Positions 38,014-48,870 of a stretch of DNA of 64,000 nt are shown here, piece after piece. The translations under genes and the position numbers were made by a program. The notes beneath the pieces were generated by a model, which searched no databases, was not told the origin of the DNA, and saw only the letters and a program-made list of their open reading frames with translations. Every line of letters starts with the position of its first letter. Within the stretch, counting starts at the first letter, position 1. Source of the stretch: Squalus acanthias (taxonomy: Eukaryota); contig CM059432.1 of the NCBI GenBank assembly GCA_030390025.1, positions 15,316,001 to 15,380,000 on the forward strand. The letters are read 5' to 3'.

Positions 38014-38488
38014 AAACATAGAAACATAGAAACAGAAGATAGGAGCAGGAGTAGGCCATTCGGCCCCTCGAGCCTGTTCCGCCATTCAATGAGATCATGG
38101 TTGATCATCCAAATTCAGTACCCTGTCCCTGCTTTCTCCCCATATCCCTTGATCCCTTTAGCCTTAAGAAATATATCTGACTCCTTCTTGAATATATTTA
38201 ATGAATTGGCCTCAACTGCCTTGTGTGGTAGAGAATTCCACAGGTTCACCACTCTCTGGGTGAAGAAATTCCTCCTCATCTCAGTCCTAAATGGCTTACC
38301 CCTTATCCTTAGACTGTGACCCCTGGTTCTGGACTCCCCCGCCATCGGGAACATCCTTCCTGCATCTAGTCTGTCTAGTCCTGTTAGAATTTTATACGTT
38401 TCAATGAGATCCCCTCTCATTCTTCTAAACTCTAGCGAATATAAGCCTAATCGACCCAATCTCTCCTCATACGTCATTCCTGCCATCA
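38014..38488 (-). mobile_element. Young CR1 (HER1-like) 3' fragment
   Basis: Nearly identical to the 3' ends at 21225, 51497 and 62474. Confidence 0.85.
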
Positions 38489-40134
38489 ATGGATCAATGG
38501 TGCTGTAGGTGTCAGGTATGTTTGGCTCATTTACACCAAAGAGAGCAGCCGATGGAGGAAGAGCCCTCCATCAGCTGTTGGCTCCACTCCTTTAGTACAC
38601 AGCACCTTTATAAGGCCTGACAGAAAATTTACCCCATATAGACAGAGGCCAGCTACAGTAGGGAAAAGCTTCCTCTACTCTGGTCCAACAACATACCTTG
38701 ACCCCAGATCTCAAACAGCACCACCTACGACACCACGATGCCACTTCCACTTCCCAAACCAACCATTCTTGTGAGATTTCTGAGTGTTGAGTTGCGGCCA
38801 GTCTTGTGACATATACACATTGTCTCAACGTATTTAACTTGGCATCCTTACAGCCGACAAAGAAAGGAGACTTTCATGCCATTATTAGTCAAGGCTGAAT
38901 TTAAACTCTGGTCCCAGAGGAGGAAGGACATTACATGAACTCAGTGTCCCACCCAATCATTTACGTGATCGACATTGTATATTCTGAGAAAAGTAATTAA
39001 CTACTGAATAATTATATACAGCAGTGTAGTAATGGCTGGAAGATTTCACTGATACCAAGTATTGGATGGTCTACTTTCCAGTTCTGGTGAACTGAAGAAG
39101 TTTATATCAGCAATTCCACCCTATATATTATCCTGTACTTTTTTTCTTCAGATGCTGACTAACCTAAAGTAATGTATGCATGTCTGTCAGCCTGCCAGCA
39201 ATGCAGTTCCCCAGCACCAGTGTTTTTTGCTGAATCTTTTTTATCTGGTGCAGCACTGACATTTGTCCTTCATAAAAGTGTATTTTATTCCTTCTTAGGA
39301 TTCATTTCCTCCAGTTAAAGCTCAAATATCAGTCCCTTTCATTTATTTTATGGAGGTCAGCTAACCCCTCTCTACACATGAAGTGATGATACCACTCAAA
39401 ACATATCCCATCCAGATAGAATCTAGAAGATGAGGTGCTCGTTTAATGAATTCCTAAAGGTTAATGTTCCAATCTTCACAAAGTAACATAAAACACATCA
39501 CCTTTTTTTAAATGTAGTCAGCGCAGAGGGAAAACTTTCGAAGAGATTTCTATCTACTTAATAATCATACTTGGATCACCAGGAAACACAGATGCAGTCT
39601 AGGGCTCCGAAACTTGCAGTTTAATTTGACGCTTGGATGTAATTTTCTTGAATGCTAAAGAATCCTGGACAAGATACGAGAAAAAAACTTGTCCTCTGAT
39701 AAATAATCGTTCTTTCTCACCTCTAGCTTCACTCTCTATCTATCATAACTTGTTTCTCTCTCTAGTTTAATGATATTACAATGATGGCAAAAGAACCAGA
39801 GGCAACACGAGGGGAAACATTTTTACGCAGCGAGTTGTTATGATCTGGAATGCACTGTCTGAAACGGTGGTGGAAACAGATTCAGTAATAACTTTCAAAA
39901 GGGAACAGGATAAATACTTGAAGGGGAAAAATTTGCAGGGCTATGAGGAAAGAGCAGGGGAGTGGGATTAATTGGACAGCTCTTTCAAAGAGCCGGCACA
40001 GGTACGATGGGCCGAATGGCCTCTTTCTGTGCTGTATCATTTTCTGATTCTATGTTCTCTGACCTTTCCTCTTTCCTCCTAAGCTCCAAATGCATTTTCC
40101 TTCATGCCCTGCCTCTTATCTTAGTTTTAGGGAT

Positions 40135-40562
40135 GAAAGAAAGAAAGACTTGCATTTATATAGCGCCTTTCATGACCACTGGACATCCCAAAGTGCTTTA
40201 CAGCCAATGGAGTACTGTTTTGAAGTCTAGTCACTGTTGTAATGTAGGAAATGCGGCAGCCAATTTGCGCACAGCAAGCTCCCACAAACAGCAATGTGAT
40301 AATGACCAGATTTTGTTATGTTGATTGAGGGATGAATATTGGCTAGGACACCGGGGATAATGCCCTTGCTCTTCTTCAAAAGAGTGCCACGGGGTCTTTT
40401 ATAGCCACCTGCGAGAGCAGACAGGACCTCGGTTTAACATCCTCAGCACTGCACTGGAGTGTCAGCCTAGATTTTTTTTGTGCTCAAGTCTCTGGAGTGG
40501 GACTTGAACCCACAACCTTCTGACTCTAGAGACGAGAGTGCTACCCACTGAGCCACAGCTAA
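40135..40562 (-). mobile_element. Deu-domain SINE with internal deletion
   Basis: Reverse-complement match to the SINE consensus. Confidence 0.75.
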
Positions 40563-41931
40563 CAATTCATCTCAACGCGCCATCAAATTCACCTCACTTA
40601 TCTATTGCAATCTTTATTCGCCCTCAAAAGCTGTTCCTTCAGCCCCTCCCTGTTTATTTAGATCGGGTAATCTGAATTTCAACATGCTTCCATTTACCAG
40701 GACCTCCAGTGGAAGTTCTTACCTCCCTCGGTCTTCCTTTCCTCCTAAAAGTGACTGTTTTTAAAAACCTAAGCTGTCATCACTTAAACACTACTTGCTG
40801 CTTATTTCATCTTCTTGCTTACCCTTTTCTACTATAGTGTTGTCCTACATTGTGGGCCTCAATCTTTTACTTGAGGCTCCCAAACTTAAAAACCCTGTAT
40901 CATTGGAAAGTTATGAAATAACAGGGGAATTTGCTGTGAATCTATATATTAGTTGTTTAGGCTCTCCCTCCCATAGTCATTAGTTCATGTAGTTGACAGG
41001 TAGTGCTACCTAAAACACAAACTACAGGGCATCACTTCAGGAGATCCTCAGAGAAACATCCTAGGCCCAACCATCTTCAGCTGCTTCATCAATGACCATC
41101 CCACCATCATAAGGTCAGAAATGGGGCTGTTCCTCTCCACATTTCTCAAATGTATCATTGCCACCTAACTCTCCGCCTACATTTCCTCTGCTTGAATCCT
41201 TTTTGGCTGGTCTCCATCCTGCCCACAATACAGAGATCACTCTAGTCAAAGTCACCAGCGATATCCTGTGCGACTAAGACTGCGATTAATTATCCCCCCA
41301 CCATCACCTCTGCCAGCTTTGACAGAGTCAACCACTTCATCCTCCTCCCCTGCATCATCTCTATGGTGCGACTCTTTTATGGTTCCATTATTGACTGTCC
41401 CAACATCTACTGCAATGGCCTCTCCTTTCATACTTGAAACGTTGGGCCAAAAATTCGGCCCTTCCCGGGTGAGTACGCACTGTGTACTCACCCATAAGGC
41501 CTCCTGAAGTGCCGGTTTCCTGCATGCACTGCGCATGCGCGGGAAACCGGAACTTCCGGTCTGGTGAAGGGAGTGGTTCATAGGTGAACCGCGTGCGCGG
41601 TAGAGGCTGCGCGCACGCAGCAAACTTAGGTTTTTTTCAGGTTTCTCCGGGAGGGTAAGTATTGAAGAACCTACGCTTTTAAAAAGGAGGCGCAGGACCC
41701 GTTTTCAACAAGGTAAGTGGTTAATTAAGTATAATTTAAAAAAAATTTCAACAGGTTTATCTTTTTTAGATACTTTAAAGAAAGGTAAGTTTATTTTTAG
41801 CACTGTTAAAAAGTATTTTAATTTTTTCAAAAATTTAAATTTTTGTTTAAAGTAGTTAATTTATTTAACTAACAACAGAAAACGCTGGAAAAACTCAGCA
41901 GGCCAGGCAGCATCCGTGGAGAGAGAAAGAG

Positions 41932-41968
41932 AGTTGACGTTTCAGGTCGATGACCTTTCATCAGAACT
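41932..41968 (-). ncRNA. Minimal type I hammerhead ribozyme motif (Penelope pLTR)
   Basis: aguu-CUGAUGA-A-AGGUC-auc-GACCU-GAAA-CG-UC-aacu. Confidence 0.8.
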
Positions 41969-42244
41969 GGGAAGAGCTGGAAATCAAATAGATTTAAGGC
42001 CAGGGTAAAGCTGGGAAAAGGGGGAGGGGATAAAGGAACAAAGGAGGAGATGAAGAGACATTAAGAGACATTAAGAGATATGCAAGGCTAGAGGTGGTGT
42101 TAATGTGACAGATTAAGGCTGAATGAAGTGTGAAATCTACTGGCAGAATGAAGGACAGCTGCCAGCTTCTAGGAGGAAAAAAAAGGTGGGGGGGACAAAT
42201 AAAAGGGTGGATAAAATAAAATATAAATGTGATTGGAGCTGAGG

Positions 42245-44530
42245 TTATGATCTAAAATTGTTGAACTCGATATTGAGTCCAGAGGGCTGTAGCGTGCCTA
42301 AACAAAAGATGAGGTGCTGTTCCTCGAGCTTACGCTGAGCTTCCGTGGAACAGTGTATTAGGCCGAGGACGGTGAGGTCAGAGTGGGAGTGAAGCGGTGA
42401 ATTAAAGTGACAGGCCACCGGGAGCTCGGGGTCCCCCTTACGGACTGAACGGAGGTGTTCCGCAAAGCGGTCACCCAATCTGCGTTTGGTCTCCCCAATG
42501 TAGAGGAGTCCACATCGTGAGCAGCGAATACAGTATACTAAATTGCAGGAAGTACAAGTAAATCGCTGTTTCACCTGGAAGGGGTGTTTGGGGCCCTGGA
42601 CAGTGGGAAGAGGGGAGGTATAAGGGCATGTGTTGCATCTCCTGCGCGTGCACGGGAAGGTGCCGGGCGAAGGGGAAGGGGTGCTGGGGGTGGTAGAGGA
42701 GTGGACTAGGGTGTCGCGGAGGGAGCGGTCCCTGCGGAATGCTGAAAGGGGAGGTGAGGGGAAGATGTGTTTGGTGGTGGGATCACGCTGGAGGTGGCGG
42801 AAATGGCGGAGGATGATCCGTTGAATGTGGAGGCTGGTGGGGTGAAAGGTGAGGACAAGGGGAACCCTATCGTGGTTCCGGGAGGGAGGGGCAGGGGTGA
42901 GGGCAGATGTGCGGGAGATAGAACGGACACGGTCGAGGGCCGTGTCGACCACGGTAGAGGGGAATCCTCGGTTGAGGAAAAAGGAAGACATGTCGGAAGC
43001 ACTGGTATGGAAGGTGGCATCATCAGAGCAGATGCGGCGGAGACGGAGAAACTGGGAGAATGGAATAGAGTCCTTACAGGAGGCGGGGTGGGAGGAAGTG
43101 TAGTCCAGGTAGCTGTGGGAGTCGGTGGGCTTGTAGTGAATGTTAGTCAATAACCTATCCCCAGAGATGGAGATGGAGAAGTCGAGGAAGGGAAGAGAAG
43201 AGTCGGAGATGGACCATGTGAAGGTGAGGGAAGGGTGGAAATTGGAAGCATAGTGAATGAAATGTTCTAGTTCAGGGCGAGAGCAGGAGACGGCACCGAT
43301 ACAGTCATCAATGTACCGGAAAAAGAGGTGAGGGAGGGGACCCGAGTAGGACTGGAACAAAGAGTGTTCCACATATCCCACGAAAAGGCAGGCATAGCTA
43401 GGACCCATGCGGGTACCCATAGCAACACCTTTAATTTGGAGGAAATGGGTAGAGTCAAAGGAGAAGTTGTTCAATGTGAGAACAAGTTCAGCCAGGCGGA
43501 GGAGGGTGGTGGTGGATGGGGACTGGTTGGGCCTCTGTTCAAGGAAGAAGCGGAGCGCCCTCAGGCCATCCTGGTGGGGAATGGAGGTGTAGAGGGATTG
43601 TACGTCCATAGTGAAGAGGAGACGGTTGGGGCCGGGAAACTGTAAACTGTTAAAATGGCGGAGGGCATCGGAAGAGTCGCGGATGTAGGTGGGAAGAGAC
43701 TGGACAAGGGGAGAAAAAATAGAGTCGAGATAGGAAGAGATAAGTTCCGTGGGGCAAGAACAGGCTGAAACGATGGGTCTACCGGGGCAGTCCTGTTTGT
43801 GGATCTTGGGAAGGAGGTAGAAGCGGGCTGTGCGGGGTTGGGGAACTATGAGGTTGGCGGCCGTGGGGGGAAGATCTCCAGAGGAGATGAGGTCAGTGAC
43901 AGTCTTGGACACGGTGGCTTGATGTTCGGTAGTGGGGTCATGGTCCAGGTGGAGGTAGGAGGAGGTGTCAGAGAGTTGGCGTTCAACTTCCGCTAGGTAG
44001 AGGTCGGTTCGCCAAACAACAACAGCGCCACCCTTGTCAGCAGGTTTAATGACAATGTCAGGGTTGGATCGGAGAGAATGGAGTGCTGCAAGTTCAGAGG
44101 GAGGTAGGTTGGAGTGAGTGAGGGGAGCAGAGAAATTGAGCTGGCCGATGTCACGGCGGCAGTTAGCAATGAAAAGATCAAGAGAGGGTAAGAGGCCAGA
44201 GGGAGGGGTCCAGGTGGAACGAGAATTCTGAAAGCGGGAGAAAGGGTCAGCCGTGCGGGGGGAAGACTCCTGGCCAGAGAAGTGGGCACGGAGACGGAGG
44301 CGGCGGAAAAAGAGCTCAGCATCGTGCCGAGCTCGAAATTCATTGAGATGGGGGCGTAAGGGGATGAAGCTCAGGCCTTTGCTGAGGACTGATCGTTCGG
44401 AGTCAGAGAGGGGAAGGTCAGAGGGGATAGTGAAAACGCGGCAGGGGGTGAGATTGGGAGAAGGGGGGTCAGAGGAAAGTGAAGGGGAAGAAGGTTCCGG
44501 AGGGGCTTTAGTGCAGGAGATGCAACACAT
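42245..44530 (-). CDS. Penelope-like RT + GIY-YIG endonuclease ORF (761 aa, 5'-truncated, ATG supplied by the inverted arm)
   Basis: IKPADKGG, FYLLPKIHK..PGRPIVS, MDVQSLYTSIP, GVAMG, RYIDD, LPFLD, Cys linker CTRRRCNTC, NLVYCIRCSRCGLLYIGET..RF.EH, terminal P.GLN. Confidence 0.92.
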   Translation of the reverse strand: MCCISCTKAPPEPSSPSLSSDPPSPNLTPCRVFTIPSDLPLSDSERSVLSKGLSFIPLRPHLNEFRARHDAELFFRRLRLRAHFSGQESSPRTADPFSRFQNSRSTWTPPSGLLPSLDLFIANCRRDIGQLNFSAPLTHSNLPPSELAALHSLRSNPDIVIKPADKGGAVVVWRTDLYLAEVERQLSDTSSYLHLDHDPTTEHQATVSKTVTDLISSGDLPPTAANLIVPQPRTARFYLLPKIHKQDCPGRPIVSACSCPTELISSYLDSIFSPLVQSLPTYIRDSSDALRHFNSLQFPGPNRLLFTMDVQSLYTSIPHQDGLRALRFFLEQRPNQSPSTTTLLRLAELVLTLNNFSFDSTHFLQIKGVAMGTRMGPSYACLFVGYVEHSLFQSYSGPLPHLFFRYIDDCIGAVSCSRPELEHFIHYASNFHPSLTFTWSISDSSLPFLDFSISISGDRLLTNIHYKPTDSHSYLDYTSSHPASCKDSIPFSQFLRLRRICSDDATFHTSASDMSSFFLNRGFPSTVVDTALDRVRSISRTSALTPAPPSRNHDRVPLVLTFHPTSLHIQRIILRHFRHLQRDPTTKHIFPSPPLSAFRRDRSLRDTLVHSSTTPSTPSPSPGTFPCTRRRCNTCPYTSPLPTVQGPKHPFQVKQRFTCTSCNLVYCIRCSRCGLLYIGETKRRLGDRFAEHLRSVRKGDPELPVACHFNSPLHSHSDLTVLGLIHCSTEAQRKLEEQHLIFCLGTLQPSGLNIEFNNFRS

Positions 44531-45189
44531 GCCCTTATACCTCCCCTCTTCCCACTGTCCAGGGCCCCAAACACCCCTTCCAGGTGAAACAGCGATTTAC
44601 TTGTACTTCCTGCAATTTAGTATACTGTATTCGCTGCTCACGATGTGGACTCCTCTACATTGGGGAGACCAAACGCAGATTGGGTGACCGCTTTGCGGAA
44701 CACCTCCGTTCAGTCCGTAAGGGGGACCCCGAGCTCCCGGTGGCCTGTCACTTTAATTCACCGCTTCACTCCCACTCTGACCTCACCGTCCTCGGCCTAA
44801 TACACTGTTCCACGGAAGCTCAGCGTAAGCTCGAGGAACAGCACCTCATCTTTCGTTTAGGCACGCTACAGCCCTCTGGACTCAATATCGAGTTCAACAA
44901 TTTTAGATCATAACCTCAGCTCCAATCACATTTATATTTTATTTTATCCACCCTTTTATTTGTCCCCCCCACCTTTTTTTTCCTCCTAGAAGCTGGCAGC
45001 TGTCCTTCATTCTGCCAGTAGATTTCACACTTCATTCAGCCTTAATCTGTCACATTAACACCACCTCTAGCCTTGCATATCTCTTAATGTCTCTTAATGT
45101 CTCTTCATCTCCTCCTTTGTTCCTTTATCCCCTCCCCCTTTTCCCAGCTTTACCCTGGCCTTAAATCTATTTGATTTCCAGCTCTTCCC

Positions 45190-45226
45190 AGTTCTGATGA
45201 AAGGTCATCGACCTGAAACGTCAACT
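45190..45226 (+). ncRNA. Minimal type I hammerhead ribozyme motif (inverted pLTR copy)
   Basis: agtt CTGATGA A AGGTC atc GACCT GAAA CG TC aact read directly on the + strand. Confidence 0.8.
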
Positions 45227-45679
45227 CTCTTTCTCTCTCCACGGATGCTGCCTGGCCTGCTGAGTTTTTCCAGCGTTTTCTGTTGTTATTTCGGATTTCC
45301 AGCATCTGCAGTATTTTGCTATCGTAATTTATTTAACTTATAGTTATTTTATAAATGTGATGGTTTTTTTAAAATTTATTTTAAGTTTAGCTGTTCTTTT
45401 GGGGCCGATTTCAATTCACAGATTTGACAGGTCCTGTCAAATCTATGAATGAAAGATGGTCTGCTGCCATTGGCTCTCCATGGCCCACGTGATCCCAGGG
45501 GACGCATCGCACTAACTACGCCCCTGGGACACGCACGCACTGCGCGCCGGCACTTGGAGCAGGCCCAGGAGCTGAAGTTCCCGTGGACCCAGAGGTCAAC
45601 GGCAGGCGCGGTAGGTAAGTGCGCGTGCGATCCTTACCCCCGCGGCAAGCCGGAGAGGCGAATTTCAGGGCCGTTTTAT

Positions 45680-46680
45680 CTCTGGCATTCCCCAAGCTTT
45701 CATCCTTGGGTCACTTTGTCTTCCCCATCTAGATGCTCCCTATCAGTAGCATGCTCCATAAGCATGTGATCAGTTTTCATGCGTGTGCCAAGACACTCAG
45801 CTTTTCCTCTCCACCACCAGTCTAGACTCCATGGCTTGATTCAAGTCATGGATGACCAACACTTTCTCTAGCTCAATACTGATAAGATCAAAGCAATGTT
45901 CTCCAGCCCCTGGGAGAAACTTTGCAACTTAGCCAATGATTCTATCTGCCTTCCTGATCATATGCTGAGCCCAATACTTCAGAAGCTCAACGTCCTGTTT
46001 GACCCTAAACTGATATTCAAACCCCACATGCAGCCCAAGCGCCAAGACTATCTGTTTCCAAAGTACTGCTTGCTTCCTTCCCACCTCACCATCCCCATCA
46101 CTGGAGCACTCAACCACGCCTTTGTCACCTCCAAGCTAGACTTCTGCAATGTTCACTTCACCAACTTTCCAAGTTGCACCTTACATAATATCCAACTCGT
46201 CCAGAACTCCTCCTTCCTCATCCCATCCTTTATCAAGTCCTACCCGCCTACCACCCCTGTCCTGGTTCCCCACCCCTTAGTACATCGATTTCAAAATCCT
46301 TGGGGGTGAAATTGGTCTTGTTGAGTAGCACGAAATGGTCAATAGTTGATCAGCAGCCCGTTTTACACCCGCTTGATTTTCTTTTCTATTGGCCTTGTGA
46401 CGTAAAACCGATTCACTAGCGCCCATTTCGCAATACCGCCCAAGACCAATTTCACCCCCCTCGTCAAATATGTAAGTCATGCCACACCCTACCTTTGCAA
46501 CCTCCTCTAGCTCCACATCCCAGTTCGCACACTCTGCACTTGTGACTCTAATCCACCGCCTGTGCCTGCTTCAACATGACAGGTGGTAGAGCCTCCAACC
46601 ATCACACTTCTGTGCTCTGGAGTGCTCTTCCAAATCCTACCTTCAAAAGTCACCAGGCCTTCAATCATCTCTCTGAACTC
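45680..46680 (+). mobile_element. Highly degenerate L2-like LINE remnant
   Basis: HAFVTSKLDFCN...IQLVQNS resembles L2 ORF2 (HAFVTSRLDYCN...LQLVQN). Confidence 0.6.
46302..46459. mobile_element. Short Harbinger-type MITE (family C)
   Basis: TIRs GGGGGTGAAATTGGTCTTG / CAAGACCAATTTCACCCCC; related copy at ~54064-54234. Confidence 0.7.
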
Positions 46681-48529
46681 TTGTCCGCACTCCTGCTCAG
46701 CGTCTCATTCCCCATTCTGAAGCATCCCACTGCATGGAAGTCTCTATCTGAGTGAATGGCGGTGGTAGTGTTGCTGTTTGTTGCTGTTTATCACTCTCCC
46801 AGTCATGCCACTCAGTGGATCTTACGTGGAATTGAGGGACTGGCAGCTTGAAGATCATGCATTACACTAAACTAGTCGGAGTGTGTATTTGTGACTAATA
46901 ATGATTGTGCGGTGACTGGAGTTCACTTAACCATTAACATTTGTGTTGTAGAAAATGTCGTTTCATGAAGTAAGATAAAGACCTATTAAATCGTGCTGCC
47001 TGAGCAGTACAAGCAGCCAGCATTCTTACAGTGGCAATTTTAAGAGGTACTTCGCCAATTTGTTATATTAATGTAATTCTCTGACACTTAAAAAGGCAGG
47101 AGCCTTTCTGGGGAGGAGTTTAATTGATTCACTGTTCACCATTAAACAACAGTTATTTAAGCAAAGCCAATTTAATTAGTTGTTGCATGGATGTCACTTG
47201 ACAAGGTGTGATATTAGAGTATCATTTATTTCTGTTGACATATCACCTGTGTTTTCCCGAATGTTCTCCCCTTGTTTCCAAGGCAGTGACTCCTGCTGGG
47301 GTATAGTGTGACAGGGACTGGTTGTCCTCTGGCACCGCTTCCCTCGATATCAGGAGGCTACTCCACCCTGGGGGAAATAGGGCCGAGCCCAATCGCAAGG
47401 GCCACACTTGCGCGTTTTCCAGCAAGGGTATTATTGGATAATGGCCAGGCATGGGAATCCTGGCACAAGTGGAAAAAGGCAGGGTGTTTTATTCGTACTT
47501 CGATTAAATCAGTTAAGATCCCACTGCTGTTCAGTCAGTGCAGCTTTAACAGAAGAGATCTGAATTCTAGAAATCTCCATTTTGCAACCAAAAATAATCT
47601 GTTTCCCCGTGGCTGTCCTTGAAAATAGCTCATCAATTCACCAACGTATGGGCGACGTCTATAAAGGCAATATTGAGATATTTCTATGCAGACCTTCTCA
47701 ATAAGTGGTGGAAGCGGACACACTCAATGTTTTCAAGGGGAGACTGGATAGGCACTTGAGGGAAATAAACTTGCAGGGCTACGGGGATAGAGCGGGGCAA
47801 TGGGACTGACTGGATTGCTCTACAGAGAGCCGGCACGGACTCGATGGGCCGAATGGCCTCCTTCTGTGCCGTTATGACTCTATAATGTAAAAACAGAACT
47901 GCTCCAATGTTAGTACAGTTGACTGTCTGCCTGTCAACACTTAGCTAATATTAAATATATTAGCTAGATTTGAACCAGTGACTAAGTGTAGAGCTCAGTT
48001 TGCCTGATCAGAGAGTGATGTGGAGCCAGTACATGCAGTATAACTTAACGCCACATCGTTCGAAAACAGGTGCTAGTCTCGAACTAATGCCTGCAGTATG
48101 ACGGCATTATAAGGTTCTCTCATACTAATAATTGACATTAACTTTTGATACCCCTACCTCATGCTCATTATTCTCACTTGAATGAATAAAGTAATGGAAT
48201 TGTTTCAGTTTTACCCTCTGTAAATTGCTTTAATGCTTGATACTGCCTCGCCTGGCTGGCTGAGCGGTACAAGGCAAACTAGGCAGTCAGGAGGGTTAAC
48301 GGAGTTGCAACAAATTCCCCACACTTCACCACCTAAAAATGTTACACTGCAAAATATACAGTGAAATCTGAAAATCTGAAGTTCAAGTTCAACAACAGCA
48401 GGAATGGCGGTGTCGAGCAAGGAACGCCAATGTTTGAATGGAGGAAGCCAGTAGGACTGAGGATGAAGATATCAAATCCAGTGAATAAGGGGAATTTGTA
48501 ATACAGAGAGGCAGTGCAGGGATCATTCT

Positions 48530-48870
48530 TTAATCCTATCTCTGCAATCTCCTCCAGCCCTCTCCTCCAGAACTATCCACTCCTCTGATTCTAACCTTGT
48601 GTGCATCCCTTCCTCACTGCATCCCAACACTGGTGGCTGTGCCTTCAGCCGTCTAGACCCCAAGCTCTGGAATTTCATCCCTAAACTCCTCTGCCTCTCC
48701 ACCTCCCTCTCCTTCTTTAAGATCCTCCTCAAAACCCAGCTCATTGACCAATCAACCTTCCCAACATCGCCTCCTTTTCTCGGCATGTGTTTTTGTCTGA
48801 TTGCGCCTCTGTGAAGCGCCTGGGGACTATTTTTTTTATGTTAAAGGCGGTATATGCCAGTTGTTGTTGT
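48530..48870 (+). mobile_element. L2 3' remnant
   Basis: GGCAFSRLDPKLWNFIP; similar to the 3388 and 59425 copies. Confidence 0.6.

Larger units (their letters stand above)
41871..45324 (-). mobile_element. Penelope-like retroelement (probably Neptune clade) with inverted pseudo-LTR
   Basis: 14-bp TSD TAATTTATTTAACT (41857-41870, 45325-45338); inverted arms 41871-42645 and 44513-45287; 37-nt tail 45288-45324. Confidence 0.92.
41444..45672. mobile_element. Harbinger-type MITE (family A), split by a Penelope insertion
   Basis: TIRs GGGCCAAAAATTCG / CGAATTTCAGGGCC, TSD GTT (41441-41443, 45673-45675), inverted homolog of 213-972. Confidence 0.8.

Noticed and set aside
44584..44913. Stand-alone 109-aa GIY-YIG nuclease gene
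   Set aside because: It is the inverted duplicate of the 3' end of the Penelope ORF, not an independent gene.
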